A stretch of DNA of 64,000 bases from Eledone cirrhosa. Its lineage: Eukaryota. This document shows positions 1 to 13,407 of the stretch, one piece after another; within the stretch, counting starts at the first letter, position 1, and the number at the start of each line of letters is the position of its first letter. The position numbers were made by a program, and so were the translations under genes. The DNA is taken from the NCBI GenBank assembly GCA_964016885.1, contig OZ024740.1:202802001-202866000 (forward strand). Reading direction: 5' to 3'. The notes beneath the pieces are model-generated. The model made no database searches, had not been told where the DNA came from, and saw only the letters and a list, made by a program, of their open reading frames with translations.

Positions 1-118
1 CCAAGTCAGTTGCCAGATGTCGGAGCTTCAATGTATCCATGCCCAGGGATATATATATGGGAACGAGTAGGATCCCGACGGCTGAGCTCAAGCCGTTTCG
101 ACGGCTAATTCTGGGACT

Positions 119-1240
119 TTAGCAAGAGTGGGGAACAGAATCGAAAGCTTTCCTGTAGTCCATCCAGACTGTAGCCATATTCCTCCTAAGTTGTCGCACC
201 TCCGACATCGCAGTTTTGTTGATTAGGAGTTGTTCAGCACATCCTCAAACCCCTCTCTTTCCAGCTGCTTGTTCATCTGTGATGATGTTATTATTTTCAC
301 AGTGATCTTGGAGGAATAGGTTCAGGCAGGCTGTATACATCTTATACATCAGGTTCTGGCATGCAATGGGTAGGTAGTTTTTTTCCAAGTGGGTGTCTTT
401 GTTCTTGGGGACCAGTAATGTTTGTGCTAATGTCAACCATTCTGGTATAAGTGTATCTCCCTTAAGAACTTGTTGGTAGAGGTCAGTAAGATACCTCCGA
501 TAGAATATCAGTTTTTTGTACCATTAGCTGACAATCATGTCTCTTCCTGGTGTTTTCTTATCTTTGAGTTTTCCTATCACAGTCTTATTTCGTATGTTTT
601 TGTTGTAGTGTAGAAGCAATAGTTCTTTCGGATTTCTCTTAGCCACACTGCATCTTGGTTGAAATTCTTCTTTTCACCCCATATTTTGCTTCAAAGAAAT
701 CTATGTCTTTCTGGGATGGGGCCTCAGTGACACTTATTATTTTGCCCTTCATATCTCTATAGACTGATGTTTGGTTTCCTCTGAATCTTTTATTAAGCAC
801 TTTTCTCTCATCTACCTTCTTCAGGTATTGGCGTTTTTCGCTAACAGCTCTCAATTCTTGTTTGATGGTGATTAGCTTATATTGGAGAGTTCTGATTCTA
901 CTGTTACCAAACATCGTCTCTATTTTATTGTTCAATCTTTGTTGGTGAGGAGTGAGGTTTTTTTGTGTTTGTTTGCATGTAAGAAGCATTGTCACATATC
1001 CTATGGTTTTTAGTAGGTCAGCAATCTTTTTTTCTATTTTAGTTATATATGATAGTATTTTGGTATTTTCTGTTCTTGTTAATATCTCTGCTATCACCAA
1101 GATAATGCTTCACTGTCGTTGCTAAAGCATATAAACAGGCGTTGATTTGCCAAAATGTTGGGGGTTTTATCCGTCGTAAATATTCATCCCCAATTTCGTC
1201 AATAACACGTAATATTTCATTATTTGGTTTTTTATTAAAC
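119..1240 (-). mobile_element. R4/Dong-like (RLE) non-LTR retrotransposon, decayed N-terminal/RT fragment
   Basis: Minus-strand translation TLLVPKNKDTHLEKNYLPIACQNLMYK...DEQAAGKRGV, then CAEQLLINKTAMSEV...VWMDYRKAFDSVPH, matches early RT motifs of the R4/Dong type. Frameshifted. Confidence 0.8.
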
Positions 1241-1241
1241 A

Positions 1242-2522
1242 CTAGCATTAAAGCCCGGCGTTGCTCGGGGTCATTAAGTTACCAAAGTTAGGTTGCACCA
1301 CCCATTTTATGGCAGCACTTTTTTGTCTGCCATAAAATGGGTGAATGAATTGCAGACCTGGAAGCAGGAGCTGCGCCAGCAGTGACAATTGTAGTTTCGC
1401 CTATGGATATTATCTCTGTGCAAAAAAGTGTTGAAATTTATTGTTTCACAGTACTTGCGCAACACGCGCGTAGACGATGCCAGCCGAACAACAGAGCTGC
1501 GATGGAGTTGTTCTGCATGGTTGTCTGTGTGTTTTCTAAATTTAAGACAGTAGGGAGGGTTGTGATATGAGGGAGAATTAGCTGTTGTTTCTAGCAGGTT
1601 TAGTGACCTCATAGAGGATATGTGTTTTCTAAATTTAAGACAGTAGGGAGTGGTGTGATATGGAGGAGAGTTAGTTGCTGTTTCTAGCAGGTTTAGTGAC
1701 CTCATAGAAGATATGTTTTCTAAATTTAAGACAGTAGGGATGGGTGTGATATGGGGGAGAGTTAACTGCTGTTTCTAGCAGGTTTAGTAACCTCATAGAG
1801 GATATGTGTTTTCTAAATTTAAGACAGTTGAGAGTGGTGTGATATGGGGGAGAGTTAGCTGCTGTTTCTAGCAGGTTTAGTGACCTCATAGAAGATATGT
1901 CTTCTAAATTTAAGACAGTAGGGCGGGGTGTGGTATGGGGGAGAGTTAGCTGCTGTTTCTAGCAGGTTTAGTGACCTCATAGAGGATATTATTGTTTATC
2001 ATTATCTATAAAAGGCAGATTGTTGTTGTTGTTGTTGAAGTGAGTGTGTGTTTGTATGCGTTTGGAAAAGAGGTTTTAAAAAAGATTTATCGCTTGTTGT
2101 TGAATAAATGTATCTGTTGCTTGTGAATAATTGTCGTTTCGTATGAAATGTAATAATTTGAAGTATAAAAGAGAAAGTAGCAAAATGTGTGGGTTGTAGA
2201 TAGAGGAAAAGCAGATGATATGACAGAGTAATACGGACAGTATCACCATCAAGCTTGGTAAGAGAAAGTAGCAGAAAGTATGAAGTTGTATAGATTTTGA
2301 ATGGTAGTGGAAAGAGTTTAGCAGTTTAAATGACAGAGAAAAATCGTAAAATATTGAGTTTTATCTATTTTTTGCGTAATTGTGGGTGAAATTGAAAAAA
2401 TGAGATGTGCCAAGACGCAATCGAAACTATTTCGAATACTGAATTGTAAATTTCAATTGAAGAAATTCTATATCGTAGATTTCTATAAGAAAGGAGCATG
2501 ACCACACACTGAGCTTTATAGA
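1242..2522 (-). mobile_element. Non-autonomous Helitron-like element
   Basis: Minus strand begins TCTATAAAG at 2522, ends with hairpin CCCGAGCAACGCCGGG followed by CTAG at 1242, and sits between A and T without a TSD. Confidence 0.75.
1531..1989. repeat. Tandem repeat, 5 units of alternating 93/91 bp, inside the Helitron
   Basis: Unit start GT(T/C)TTCTAAATTTAAGACAG at 1531, 1624, 1715, 1808 and 1899. Confidence 0.9.
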
Positions 2523-2644
2523 TTATGATTGTCGTTTTAATACGTTCAGCAAGAGAGATATTTATACATGAATTAATTTCTCTCTGGAAGATTTCGTTGA
2601 GGGAAAATTTCAATTGTTTATACTAATGTATGCATGTATGTATG

Positions 2645-3027
2645 TTCTCTCTTTCTCTTAATTTTGAGTATATTTTTGATCGGCCACCTTCCTGGAGGCA
2701 AGGTTGTAAAAGAAAAGAAATTGTCATCCCTTGAATCGCAAGAATGTTTTGCAAATTTTGCCAGCTATCGCAGCCATTTGTAGAATTAGGGAGCTGCGCT
2801 CTTTGTCCGCAAATCCAAGTTCAGTTATACATTGGTCCAAGCGGGTTGGTATATAACCCGTAGCACCAATAATGATGGGTATGAAGCTAAAGGTGTATCT
2901 TGGATACTGGATTTGTAAACTCCTCATCAGTGGTCCGTAGATGTCCTCCTTCTCCTGTATTTTTCTGACAACGTTTACATCAAGTGGGCAGCTGATCTCC
3001 ACAACAGAACACGTTTTCAATGTGTGG
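2645..3027 (-). mobile_element. R4/Dong-like 3' end (RLE endonuclease C-terminus + 3'UTR), 5'-truncated
   Basis: VVEISCPLDVNVVRKIQEKEDIYGPL...IPIIIGATGYIP; flanked by (TATG)n; near-identical to 14853-15238. Confidence 0.8.
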
Positions 3028-3091
3028 TATGTATGTATGTATGTATGTATGTATGTATGTATGTATGTATGTATGTATGTATGTATGTATG

Positions 3092-3489
3092 TCATTGGAC
3101 ACCATCAGGATTGCAGGTGTTATATCAGAATTTTCCTTCTCCTAGAATTCTGCCTTGACAAAGGCTAAGGGGTTGACTTGTTCTTCTTTTTGGTAAATAT
3201 CATCTTGGTTAAGAGAGTGGGACTGGCTTTGTGCAGTGCCTTTGCTCACTATAAAAGCTTCACGGCACAGGCATTGCTTTATATCTGGAGATCTCTCTGC
3301 ACTTGTCATCACATGGTACCATGGGCCCAGCACTATGTGTCAATAATTGTCACAAGTGTAGTGTTTGTACCAGAGTTTTCAAGTCGCTGGCTGGACTAAA
3401 AAGTCACACTCGTTCAGCGCATCGGTAGGGGTTCTCCTACATGGACATAAAGTAGTGGCCGTACTCGAAAACGAGTTGGCAGCCACCAT
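3092..3489 (+). mobile_element. RTE-like LINE 3' end with C2H2 finger
   Basis: HKCSVCTRVFKSLAGLKSHTRSAHR* followed by the tail TGGCCGTACTCGAAAACGAG..GCAGCCACCAT(GTAT)n, related to 19990-20946. Confidence 0.7.
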
Positions 3490-3556
3490 GTATGTATGTA
3501 TGTATGTATGTATGTATGTATGTATGTATGTATGTATGTATGTATGTATGTATATG

Positions 3557-3645
<89 letters not shown>

Positions 3646-3846
3646 ATGTGCGCATGTAACCCAATAAAAGAGAGTGAGGTGAACGAGGAAGTAGATTATG
3701 TGTAAAAAATGAAAGGAAAGAGAAAGACAAAATATGTTATCTGTAAAGGAATGTTCATACACACACATACACTCACACAAGCAATGAGACACACAAACAC
3801 ACACACAGAAGCGCACAGACACACACACACAGAAGAGCGTACACAT

Positions 3847-3882
<36 letters not shown>

Positions 3883-4889
3883 ACACACGCGCGCGCGCAC
3901 ACACACAGAAGAGTACAGACACACAAAGTCACACACAAACACGCAGACAGCCATATACACATACACACACATATACGCAGACACGCAGACACACAGTTAT
4001 ACGCACATACACACGTAGATATGCACGGACATACATATACAGAGGCACACAGTCACACACACACACACACACTTAGTCACATGCACACACACTCACAGGC
4101 GCACACACATGCACGCACACACAGTGGAAGACTTGTGTGTATCACCCTTCTCCTCCTCATCTTCCTCATCATCATCATCATCATCATTCTACAGGGAATA
4201 CTGGTATATTTTATCATGGCACCAACACAAGAAAGGCAATGTCTTTGACGCTGTTTCTACAGCTCGATGCCCTTCCTGTAACCAACCACAATACATAAAG
4301 TGGTGGGTGCATTTTTCGTGGTACCAGCACCAGAGAGATCGTCGTGTCATGTACTGAAGGCCCCCCCCCCCCCTTCGCATGGCGTCTATAGCCGGAAGTG
4401 CATTTTAACAACAACCACATTACAAGGTGTACTGGGTGTACTGGGTGCGTTCTATCGAGACACCAATACTAGGGAGGTTGTCGGTCATTGAATCCACAGA
4501 AGATCCTTCCCTACCCTATGGTGGTAATATGATGGTGGAAAAAGTATACATATAATGTCATGACAATAGATAAGAAAGAGAGAGAGAGAGGTGGGGGACA
4601 ACTATAATGTTATGGATGTATGACAAGTGTAGTGCAATTCAAAGGGCGGCGTTGTAGAGGAGACAATTGGGGGAAAGTGAGGCGGATTTGGAGGTGTCAT
4701 AAGAAGAAAGGGAGGGTGGAGTAATCTCTGATAGAGTGGGGTACTGTGATGATGAGAACAGTTACTAAGAAGTTATGACTGGCGTGTTAGGATTTAAAAG
4801 GGATGGGAGTGGTCTAGGATAGAATTGGAGTGCAGTGATGGTGAGAATAGTTACTAAGGAGCGATGATAGTAGGAGGGCATAAATGGGT

Positions 4890-5226
4890 CACGTCACATT
4901 TTTTTAGGCTGGCAGGTGCAGTCCTTTGTCATCTCTATCGTGAGGTTCAGCTTCTTAATGTTGGTCTTCCCTATCTCATCCTCTGTCATCTTGAGTCTAC
5001 CTCTTTCACAAGTCCTATCCTTTGAGATTTCTCTACACTTCTTTATGCAGTCTTCATCTTCTATATCATCACATATCCATACCACTGCATTCTTCTCTCT
5101 TGTACATTACATCTTGTACAGAGTTTTCTTTCGATTCATTTATGCTGCATCGATCTTATAGCATACTCGCTTAATTTCTTTCTATGCTTTGCAAGTCTTC
5201 TGCAATTAAGGTCCATGTCTCACTGC
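4890..5226 (-). mobile_element. Decayed RTE-like LINE C-terminal fragment
   Basis: Degenerate CIKKC...CERGRLKMT resembles the RTE RGRPRKTW region. Confidence 0.55.
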
Positions 5227-6780
5227 CAGGACCGGATTTAATGGGGGACAAAGGGGCAATTGACTCGGGCCTCCTGCTGCGAGGGCCCCACCAGCGACGG
5301 CTGTAGCAATTTATTTGTGCCCTCAGTAAAGCTTTTTAGTTTTAGGATGGCTAGAATTTTTTAATTTAATACCTGAATGTATAACTTTTCAATTCCAATT
5401 ACTTGCGCCAAGCTAACTTTGATATGTAAAATTGGGAGGTTTGCTGTGTATTCTATTTTTTGTGCACTCACATAGCCATTAGTATCGGAGCTGTGATCTC
5501 TCAATTCGGAAAAACAAATTTCCCTACCAAAAACAGACTTTAATCAAGAAATTGTATAAGGAGTATCAAGGACAGAAAAAAGAAAAAAGCAAGGATGACT
5601 GACAAAGCAATAACAAAGTGTAAGAATTGGAATGGTGATCTCGAGGAAAGTTTTCACATTGCAAGCCAGGACGTTCTCAAACGAAAGGATGTCCCATCTG
5701 AAAACAAAGTTTTCCTTGAGATACAGCGAGAAGATCGGATGTCTTCATTCATGTTGATGTAAAACATGTGAGAACCATTCAGAACAAGATTCCTGGTATG
5801 AAAGTAAGAAGGTGGAAGCTGGATGAAGACTCGAAGATTTCCTAGAAAGTAGCTCTTGAAAGTTCTATTAATGATGATGAAATCTTCAAGTCAGCGTGAA
5901 TGAAACCTACTCTCGACGCCACACTTGTTGTCACGTGGGGACGGGAGAAATTATGTGTCTGAACTCTCTATTTCCTCTTTAATTGTTTATTGAGCAAGAA
6001 CCAGTCACCGTGAGATGATGGCTCAGGAAATTCGTTCTCTCATCTGAACTCAGGCGCTGGCTAGTCTTCCACCGGGATGGAGAATTATTACCATCGGCTT
6101 CCCGATCCAGCACACTTGAAGATCGTATTGTAGTTTTAGTTTAAGGAAAAGGAAGGGAGGACCACTTAAGAGTTCCGATTGCAAGAGATGGAACCGGACA
6201 ACAAATCGCTGAAGTCGCTTTGAACGAAATTCAATGACTCAAAATTGAGGATAAAATAATTGGTGTCCTTCGACACCACCGCCAGTAACACCAGCATGCA
6301 CCAAGGAGTCAATATAACAATTGAAACAGCTCTAAAAACACCCCTCTAGTGACTGGCTTGCTGCCATCACATTCTTGAACTATTTTGAAGAAAGTCTTTG
6401 AGATCATTTTCCCATCATCTGGTTCCAGTATCCAATGTGCAAAAAGTTCCAGGAATGTTGGGACTCCATTGATAAGTCTTATTATCAAACTATTCTGGTC
6501 GATGATGATCCCATGAAATATTTTTCAAGCAAAAGAGGGAGGAGATGGCTGAATATCTACTGACTGTACTACTTTATGGAGATCATCCCTGAGAAGACTC
6601 TTCCTTCCTTATCTTAGTGGCTGGCCATCTCCCCAAGTTCTTCTTCTTGGTCCCAGGAGCTTACTACCAGGCTCATTGGATGGCTAAGGCCATAAATGTG
6701 ATCACGATAGTTCTGTTCAAAGAACAACATAAGCTTACACCATGTGAGTCGAGAGATCTAGAAAAAGTAATTTCTGGTAA
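5227..6780 (+). mobile_element. Decayed hAT-like DNA transposon
   Basis: Begins CAGGACCGGATTTA (TIR-like). Transposase remnants FDTTASNT, LACCHHILEL (CxxH) and PGAYYQAHWMAKAI. First ~240 bp are shared with the MITE at 54050. Confidence 0.7.
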
Positions 6781-7139
6781 TAAATTTCATTCATAAAAAT
6801 ATTATTGTGTTTTTAGAACATTTTCTTCCTGCTTATTTTCATTTAATTTCATTCTGTCGTGTGGATTCCTCGTTGGATTCAGTAAAGTGAACAGAAAGTA
6901 CAATATACAACAGGCCGGGTCCAAACAATCGGTGTAAATAAAAAGATGTGAAAGTGTGCAACCCCTAAATATTATTCAATTAATCTTTAATTTGGCATAA
7001 GTTGTTATTTTATCAACTTAAATACGAGCGTAATCGGCATGAGATGGTTAACGAATAGCTTACAAAATGGAACACCCTCACACACACACACACATACATA
7101 CATATATACAATATGTGTGTGTGTGTGTGTGTATGAATG

Positions 7140-7170
<31 letters not shown>

Positions 7171-7973
7171 TTATATAATATATATATACGTTTAAATTAA
7201 GGCAATTGACGGTTTTAGTTATATATATATATATGTATGTGTGTGTGAGCGTGAGTATGTGTGTGTACACGTGTGTGTGTGTGTAAGTGTGTAAGTGTGT
7301 AAGTGTGTAAGTGTGTTTGTGTGTATGTGTATGTGTGTGTGTATGTGGGTGTGTGTGTGTGTGTGAGTGTGTAAGTGTGTAAGTGTGTTTGTGTGTATGT
7401 GTGTGTGTGTGCGTGTGTGTGTGTCTACTGTAATATGTACATGGCTGCCTCATTGTACTGAATACCAATTCTCTTGGAGGTTATCGCTAGACCAGTCTCC
7501 ATTGATAGTAGTTCTGTGAAGAGGAGTTTGTTATTGTGGTTGTTGTGGCTGTAGATGTCGTGGTTGCTGTTGATTTTATTCTTGTTGTTGTTGTTGTTGT
7601 TGCTGCTGCTGGTGGTATTGTTGTTGTTGTTGCTGCTATAACAAATATGTCGACAATTCTTTTTTTCTTCGTCCTCTTTATTGCAACTATGAACCTTTAG
7701 CAGTGTTGCTACAGCGTCTGATTAAATATCTTAATATTTGTTCTAGCTCTCGGCACTCGTTCATTCCAATTTGTTGATGTCATTTTTCTGGATATGAAAT
7801 GGACTACCGTCAGTTACAACGATACGTATTCTACTAATTCAATGAACACAACAGCCAGCTCGTAAAATTAGTGTGCAAGTGGTTGACCATTCCATAGTCA
7901 CGTGTATCCTTAATGTAATTATCAGGAAAATTTAGCATTACTCGGTGTATGGAATGGTTAACACTTTCAAATA

Positions 7974-8181
7974 CAGGGTGACCACAAAAACATTCCTTGA
8001 TTTCAAATACTTATAATATCAAAACTTAAATAAATATTCTTAGAATATTGGTGGCTACAGTAGCATAAACTAAGTTTCTTTCCTCATTTGCAGAATTGAC
8101 TCAATCCGCTAGATGGCAGTGTAATTCAAAATAGCGTTCACTCCACACCAACGTAGCTGATGTGTTTTTGTGGTCACCCAG
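7974..8181. mobile_element. Tc1/mariner-type MITE
   Basis: TIRs CAGGGTGACCACAAAAAC / GTTTTTGTGGTCACCCAG flanked by TA on both sides. Confidence 0.8.
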
Positions 8182-8429
8182 TACAGGTATTATCCATCTA
8201 ACGGGCTTCCATACAGATTCCGCTTACTCACTTTTACTCACAAGGCTAGGATCAGAGCGAGCTAAGGTAAACAACTCTTGTCAATGATGCCACACAGTCT
8301 GATCGAACGTGGGTCTTAATGATTGCGGAGCGATTCTAAACTATTTGGTCAGGCTACGACCATGGTCTGGATATATGAACGAATGGGGCGCTAGTTTGAT
8401 GGTGCATATATATATATATATATATATAT

Positions 8430-9055
8430 CCAGGGCGGGATAAAATTCCCGAGATCCATGGACGAGTTCTCTCCAGCGGTCTCTGTCCCTCATTATCGCT
8501 GCCATGTCCTGCGTCTCCAACTGACCAGTGTCTGTCCCTAGGGCATCAACATACGTTAATCTTGGTCTTCCTCTTCCAGTGTGTCCATGTAGGGGCTCCC
8601 ACAGGAGCACTGAGTGCAATGTCAACTCTGAATGTCGGTGAGCATGTCCAGCTAACCTCAGTCTCCTCTGTGTCACTTCTGAGCTGACTCTTGGGAGGCT
8701 CCCATACAGCTCTGAGTTTTTCATCCTCAGTGTATACACTGATTAATGTTCAGAGCCATCCTCAGCATTCTCGTGTAGCACCCATCCATCATCTGAGTGA
8801 GTTTCTTGGTCAGTGTCTTGATTCTGTGGACCGTTACTGCCTGATGAAGATCTTACAGGCTTATGGAATCCCAAAGAAGATAGTGGACCTGATATCACTG
8901 CTCTACACCAACACCAAAGCCCAAGTCATTACACCTGATGTGATGACAGAGTTCTTTGAGATACTGGCTGGAGTGCTCCAGGGAGATACATTGGCTCCCT
9001 ACCTTTTTATTATCGTAGTGGACTATTGTATGCGCCTTACACTGGAGAAACACCA

Positions 9056-9056
<1 letters not shown>
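8430..9056. mobile_element. RTE LINE fragment with 5' inversion
   Basis: Minus 8430-8817 encodes the C-terminus (DGCYTRMLR, RRLRLAGH, GRGRP). Plus 8818-9056 encodes RT motifs (DSVDR...GVLQGDTLAPYLF). (TA)n on both sides. Confidence 0.85.
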
Positions 9057-9103
<47 letters not shown>

Positions 9104-9108
<5 letters not shown>

Positions 9109-9665
9109 GAGAGTAAAACAAAGAATCCTTTAATACATCAAAAGTTTTTATTAGCCGACAATGTTTCGTCCTATTAAGGACTCATCAGGGCAATCAAAAC
9201 ACCAAGAAGTAATATCGGCAGATACAAGCCGGATTGTTTAGATTTAGACAAACCAAATTTGTTTAGATTTAGGTTAGTTGCTTTGGACTTTATTTGTAAT
9301 ATGGTTCTTAATGTTATATACATCCTTAATTACACTTATTATATATTTTTATTATTTTTTATTATTTTTATTTTTATTTTTATTATCATATATTTTTGCA
9401 AGACTTTAGTGTATGTACACTCCATATTCTTCGGAGATTCCGGCTTGTATCTGCCGATATTACTTCTTGGTGTTTTGATTGCCCTGATGAGTCCTTAATA
9501 GGACGAAACATTGTCGGCTAATAAAAACTTTTGATGTATTAAAGGATTCTTTGTTTTACTCTCTTAATTTTTTGGCTCTGTTTAACTGCATTGAGCTATA
9601 CCTTTTACTGTCATTTCTATAATACGAAGAGGGTGTTTAACTCCAACACGCTCCAGTATTCTAAT

Positions 9666-9668
<3 letters not shown>
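9104..9668 (+). mobile_element. PLE-type terminal repeat with inverted partial copy
   Basis: Inverted arms 9104-9233 / 9439-9568, tail to 9668, (TA)n both sides, HHR in each arm. Confidence 0.8.
9481..9518 (+). ncRNA. Type I hammerhead ribozyme (inverted copy at 9154-9191, minus)
   Basis: GCC-CTGATGA-GTCCT(TAAT)AGGAC-GAAA-C(ATT)GTC-GGC; intact core, GUC triplet. Confidence 0.9.
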
Positions 9669-9747
<79 letters not shown>

Positions 9748-9851
9748 ATGCATGTATGTATGTAGAAGGTAAACAAAAATAAAAATAAAAAAAACAGTAC
9801 AGTATATGGAAGGAATATATTAGTTTAACGCTTGAAATAGCAAGAAGAGGG

Positions 9852-9887
9852 TCTTAACATTTCGGATGTTAGCCCTTCATCTGAAGA
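9852..9887 (-). ncRNA. Minimal, degenerate HHR-like motif
   Basis: TCTT-CAGATGA-AGGGCTAACATCC-GAAA-TGTT-AAGA; flanks related to 15445-15516 and 50340-50390. Confidence 0.5.
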
Positions 9888-10559
9888 AAGAATGAGAAAT
9901 AAGAAAGACTGAGGAGACGGGCGGGGCGGACTCGGAAAAATTCTTTTTAGAGAAAAATAACAATTCATTTCTTCGTGTTGCCATCTCTTGGAAAACTATT
10001 GATGCTAGCGTTTTGTGTATGATGTACTTTTTTTTTTAGAAAAGTGTATAATGGAACGCGTCTATCGAATACTGAAGCAATATCAGTAAAGTGACCATGG
10101 TAGGGATTAATAAGCAAACTGTTAACAAACTCATTAAAGTCGGGTGGCTTATTACGGGTATATATATATATATATATATTGCGTAATAGATGTATACCAA
10201 CGGAATGATGGTAAACTTTAAGGAAAGAAAAACGTGTTTGTTTATGTTTTTGACCCAGAGACGAACGAAGCAGCATCTAAACTATAATAAAGTATGGAGT
10301 GCGAGATTGCGTCCAGAATATATTTTTTTTATCCCGTTTGTAAAATAAGTTGGATTACTTTGAATAAATAATGAATGAATATTACATAATTTATCTACTA
10401 AATTTCGCTATTCTTGATTAAATATAAATAATATTGTTGCTTATTTTAAGATTCACTTCTTTAAAATTTTCAAATGTCAACACTTCCGGTTAGCGATCGC
10501 TTAAATAAACATTCATATATTTCCGTCACTAATGTTCTCCTAATGCAGTTTATATATAA

Positions 10560-11344
10560 CTAGCAGCAGTACCTAGCGTTGTCTGGGTAGGTAAAATAAT
10601 ATCTGCTTTAATGAAAAGGTGTTAATCTTAGCGACTGCTTCTCGATGACTCATCTATGGCCACACACAGGCCATGCGGGTGATGACCTCTATCACTGAGA
10701 AACGCAGGTGACTTACGAAGGGGTATGCTGGGGGAGGGAGTTTCGAATTTGAACGAAATCGGTTGAAAAATGTGGGAGCTAAAGCCGAAAAGGCGCAAAT
10801 TTGAGCGAAAAGGTGGTATTTTCGAATATTTAAGCGGCTGCCACGCCGTTCCTGAACAAATAATCCAAAATGTAAAGCCACTTTAAGACGTGCAATAATC
10901 AGATCTAGCATAGTGTAAAATTTGAACAAAGTAGGTTGATTAATGTGGGAGCTAGAGCCGAAAATTTGAGTCTAAAAGTGGTATTTTTGAATATTTAAGC
11001 GGCTGCCACGCCGTCCCTGAACAACAAATGCAAAATATAAAGCCATCACAGGATGTGCAATGATAAATTCTATGTCGCTTTAAATTTGAACGAATCGGTG
11101 GCAAAATGTGGGAGCTAGAGCCAAAAATCTTATTTTTCGATACCTAAAAAAGGGTGCCCTCCTATCGATTTTTATCTGCAGAATGACCCCGGAATAAAAA
11201 AGAACGATACGCTGATATATAGAAAACACTCCCCGATGACTAATCTATGAGCCTGTAAAGTTTCATGAAAATCGGTCGTAAGATGTAGGCCCCTATAGGT
11301 AATACACAGACACACACACATACTTAATTTTATATATATACAGA
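10560..11344 (-). mobile_element. Non-autonomous Helitron-like element
   Basis: Minus 5' TCTGTATATATATAAAA, 3' hairpin ACCCAGACAACGCTAGGT then CTAG, A|T target, internal duplication. Confidence 0.75.
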
Positions 11345-11707
11345 TATCGTCTTTTTTTAATGTACCATGGATTACGTTACTGATTACATAAGACAATGTA
11401 ACGCAGTCTTCGTTCAATTTCTGTGTATATTGTCAATTACGATTTTATTTGATGTATCATATGTACATGCATATATACTTGCGTATAATATCAATATGCA
11501 CACTACACATGCTAGCAGAAAACCACCCGCAAGGTGGTTTTTCTGCTAGTGTTGTTATAATGCTTCACCGTCTGAGTCATTTACTCCGTTCCCGCACCAC
11601 CAACATCAAAGATGGAGGAGTTGTATAACGTCGAATGCTTTTCTCATATTACATCATGATTAACATTGCAGAATGACCAAGTGGTGAACCAAGTAGTAAA
11701 CCACCAA

Positions 11708-11754
<47 letters not shown>

Positions 11755-11755
<1 letters not shown>

Positions 11756-11875
11756 TATCATTAAAGCCCGGCGTTGCTTGGGGTCAGTAAGTTACCAAAG
11801 TTAGGTTGCACCACCCATTTTATGGCAGCACTTTTTTGTCTGCCAGGCACTGGGTGAATGAATTGCAGACCTGGA
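11755..11875 (-). mobile_element. Helitron 3'-end fragment related to 1242-1360
   Basis: Near-identical CATTAAAGCCCGGCGTTGCT...GCAGACCTGGA with an internal deletion. Confidence 0.7.
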
Positions 11876-12419
11876 CTGCCGAAGCAGAGAGGATGCTTTA
11901 TGCGTGCTAGATTATAAAGGAAAAGGAAAAAGAAAAGAAAAAGATAACTCCAATGTTTGTTAGTTACACTATTTATGTTAGATTTGTCATTTATTTTAGA
12001 ATTTACTTAAAAAGATGCGGAATGTATGTGGAGAAAATTTTATATATTATTTTGTGTATGATTATAAGGTATTTTATATTACATGTTTTCAAAGATGAGA
12101 ATTTCTTTTATATATGTATTTAGATATTATCTATATAGTCAATTAGGAAGAAAATATTATTGCAGACAACATGAGTGTATTTAGAAAACTATCACGGAAA
12201 AGGATATATTTCAAAATATCAATTAAGAAATATCTGTTAAAAAATATAAAAAATATTAATTAAAAAAACTCTCTAAGAAGAATATCAATTGGAAAAGAAT
12301 ATCATTTGTAAAAATAATTTGTAAAAATATTACATAAAAAGAAAAATATCATTTAAAAATCACAACTAAACATCGACAGAAGAATAGTGAAGACATAGAA
12401 TGTGAATAAGTGAATTATA

Positions 12420-12660
12420 TACTATAGATTATAAATACTTCGGAAAGTCATTTTTTGACGATGTCTGCAGGAACTGAATATTTCTTTCTTTAAGTTGATA
12501 GAGTTTTGGCAGGTAAGTATATAAAGAATTTCTTCAATGACAGATTCTTGAGAGAGCCATATTTCGGTATGCGGATGTTCTCGAAATCGTTCCCCAAGAG
12601 ATTGAATAGTCAATATTATTGCCTTTTAAGTACCAAATTAGATGTGAAAGTGATGTAGAA
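12420..12660 (-). mobile_element. Decayed PLE GIY-YIG C-terminal remnant
   Basis: EEILYIL...SINLKKEIFSSCRHRQK resembles the LNxRxExxSxCRH ending of PLE ORFs. Confidence 0.5.
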
Positions 12661-12690
12661 AATTTTTTATCGGATCTATTAAATGTATGT

Positions 12691-12756
<66 letters not shown>

Positions 12757-12775
12757 TATATATTTATATATATAT

Positions 12776-13296
12776 CATAGAATGAGTTAGAAACTCAAAA
12801 TAGTCTTTTACAATTAAATAGCTCAAAGAAGGGAATCTTTCCGAGCCGTGTAATATAATTGGATATATGAGAGGGATAAACACAGATATAAGTATACATG
12901 TGTTCCAATTGCAAATGACCAAGTTAGCTAGGTTGAAAAAATACTAATTTAAAACAATATGATTTGCCTGACTCGATTTAAAGTAATAAATCAATACAAA
13001 TAACAAACCTATATCGGACAACAGCCTTTGATACCCGGACAGACGTAAATCTGTTTCGCAAGAATTAAGTGAAAGCCACAATTCCTATGCTCTTCTGCGG
13101 GTATCCAGGAAATTCATAACTTTCACTTCAAAGGATCTAAGAAGACTGAACGATATGCTGATACAAAAGCACATGTCGCAGCGCCTAGCGCGTCTCATAC
13201 TCATGCCGCTAAAAATAGCAGCTAACTTGGTCATTTGCAATTGGAACACATGTATACTTATATCTGTGTTCATCCCTCTCATATATTCAATTATAT
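12776..13296 (-). mobile_element. PLE-type fold-back insert
   Basis: Inverted arms 12853-12929 / 13220-13296, tail on the left, (TA)n both sides, HHR in the spacer. Confidence 0.7.
13030..13105 (-). ncRNA. Type I HHR, U4A core variant
   Basis: GATACCCG-CAGAAGA-GCATAGGAAT...ATTCTTGC-GAAA-CAGA(TTTACG)TCTGTC-CGGGTATC; 8-bp stem I, 5-bp stem III. Confidence 0.8.
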
Positions 13297-13358
13297 ATAT
13301 ATATATTATAATCATGTATTGAGTACTTTACTTACTGTGGTTACCCCCGATTCGACCC

Positions 13359-13399
<41 letters not shown>

Positions 13400-13407
<8 letters not shown>

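Noticed and set aside
11512-11550. Rho-independent terminator-like hairpin
   Set aside because: Eukaryotic context. The 17-bp-arm palindrome ending in CTAG|T is more like a Helitron-type end.
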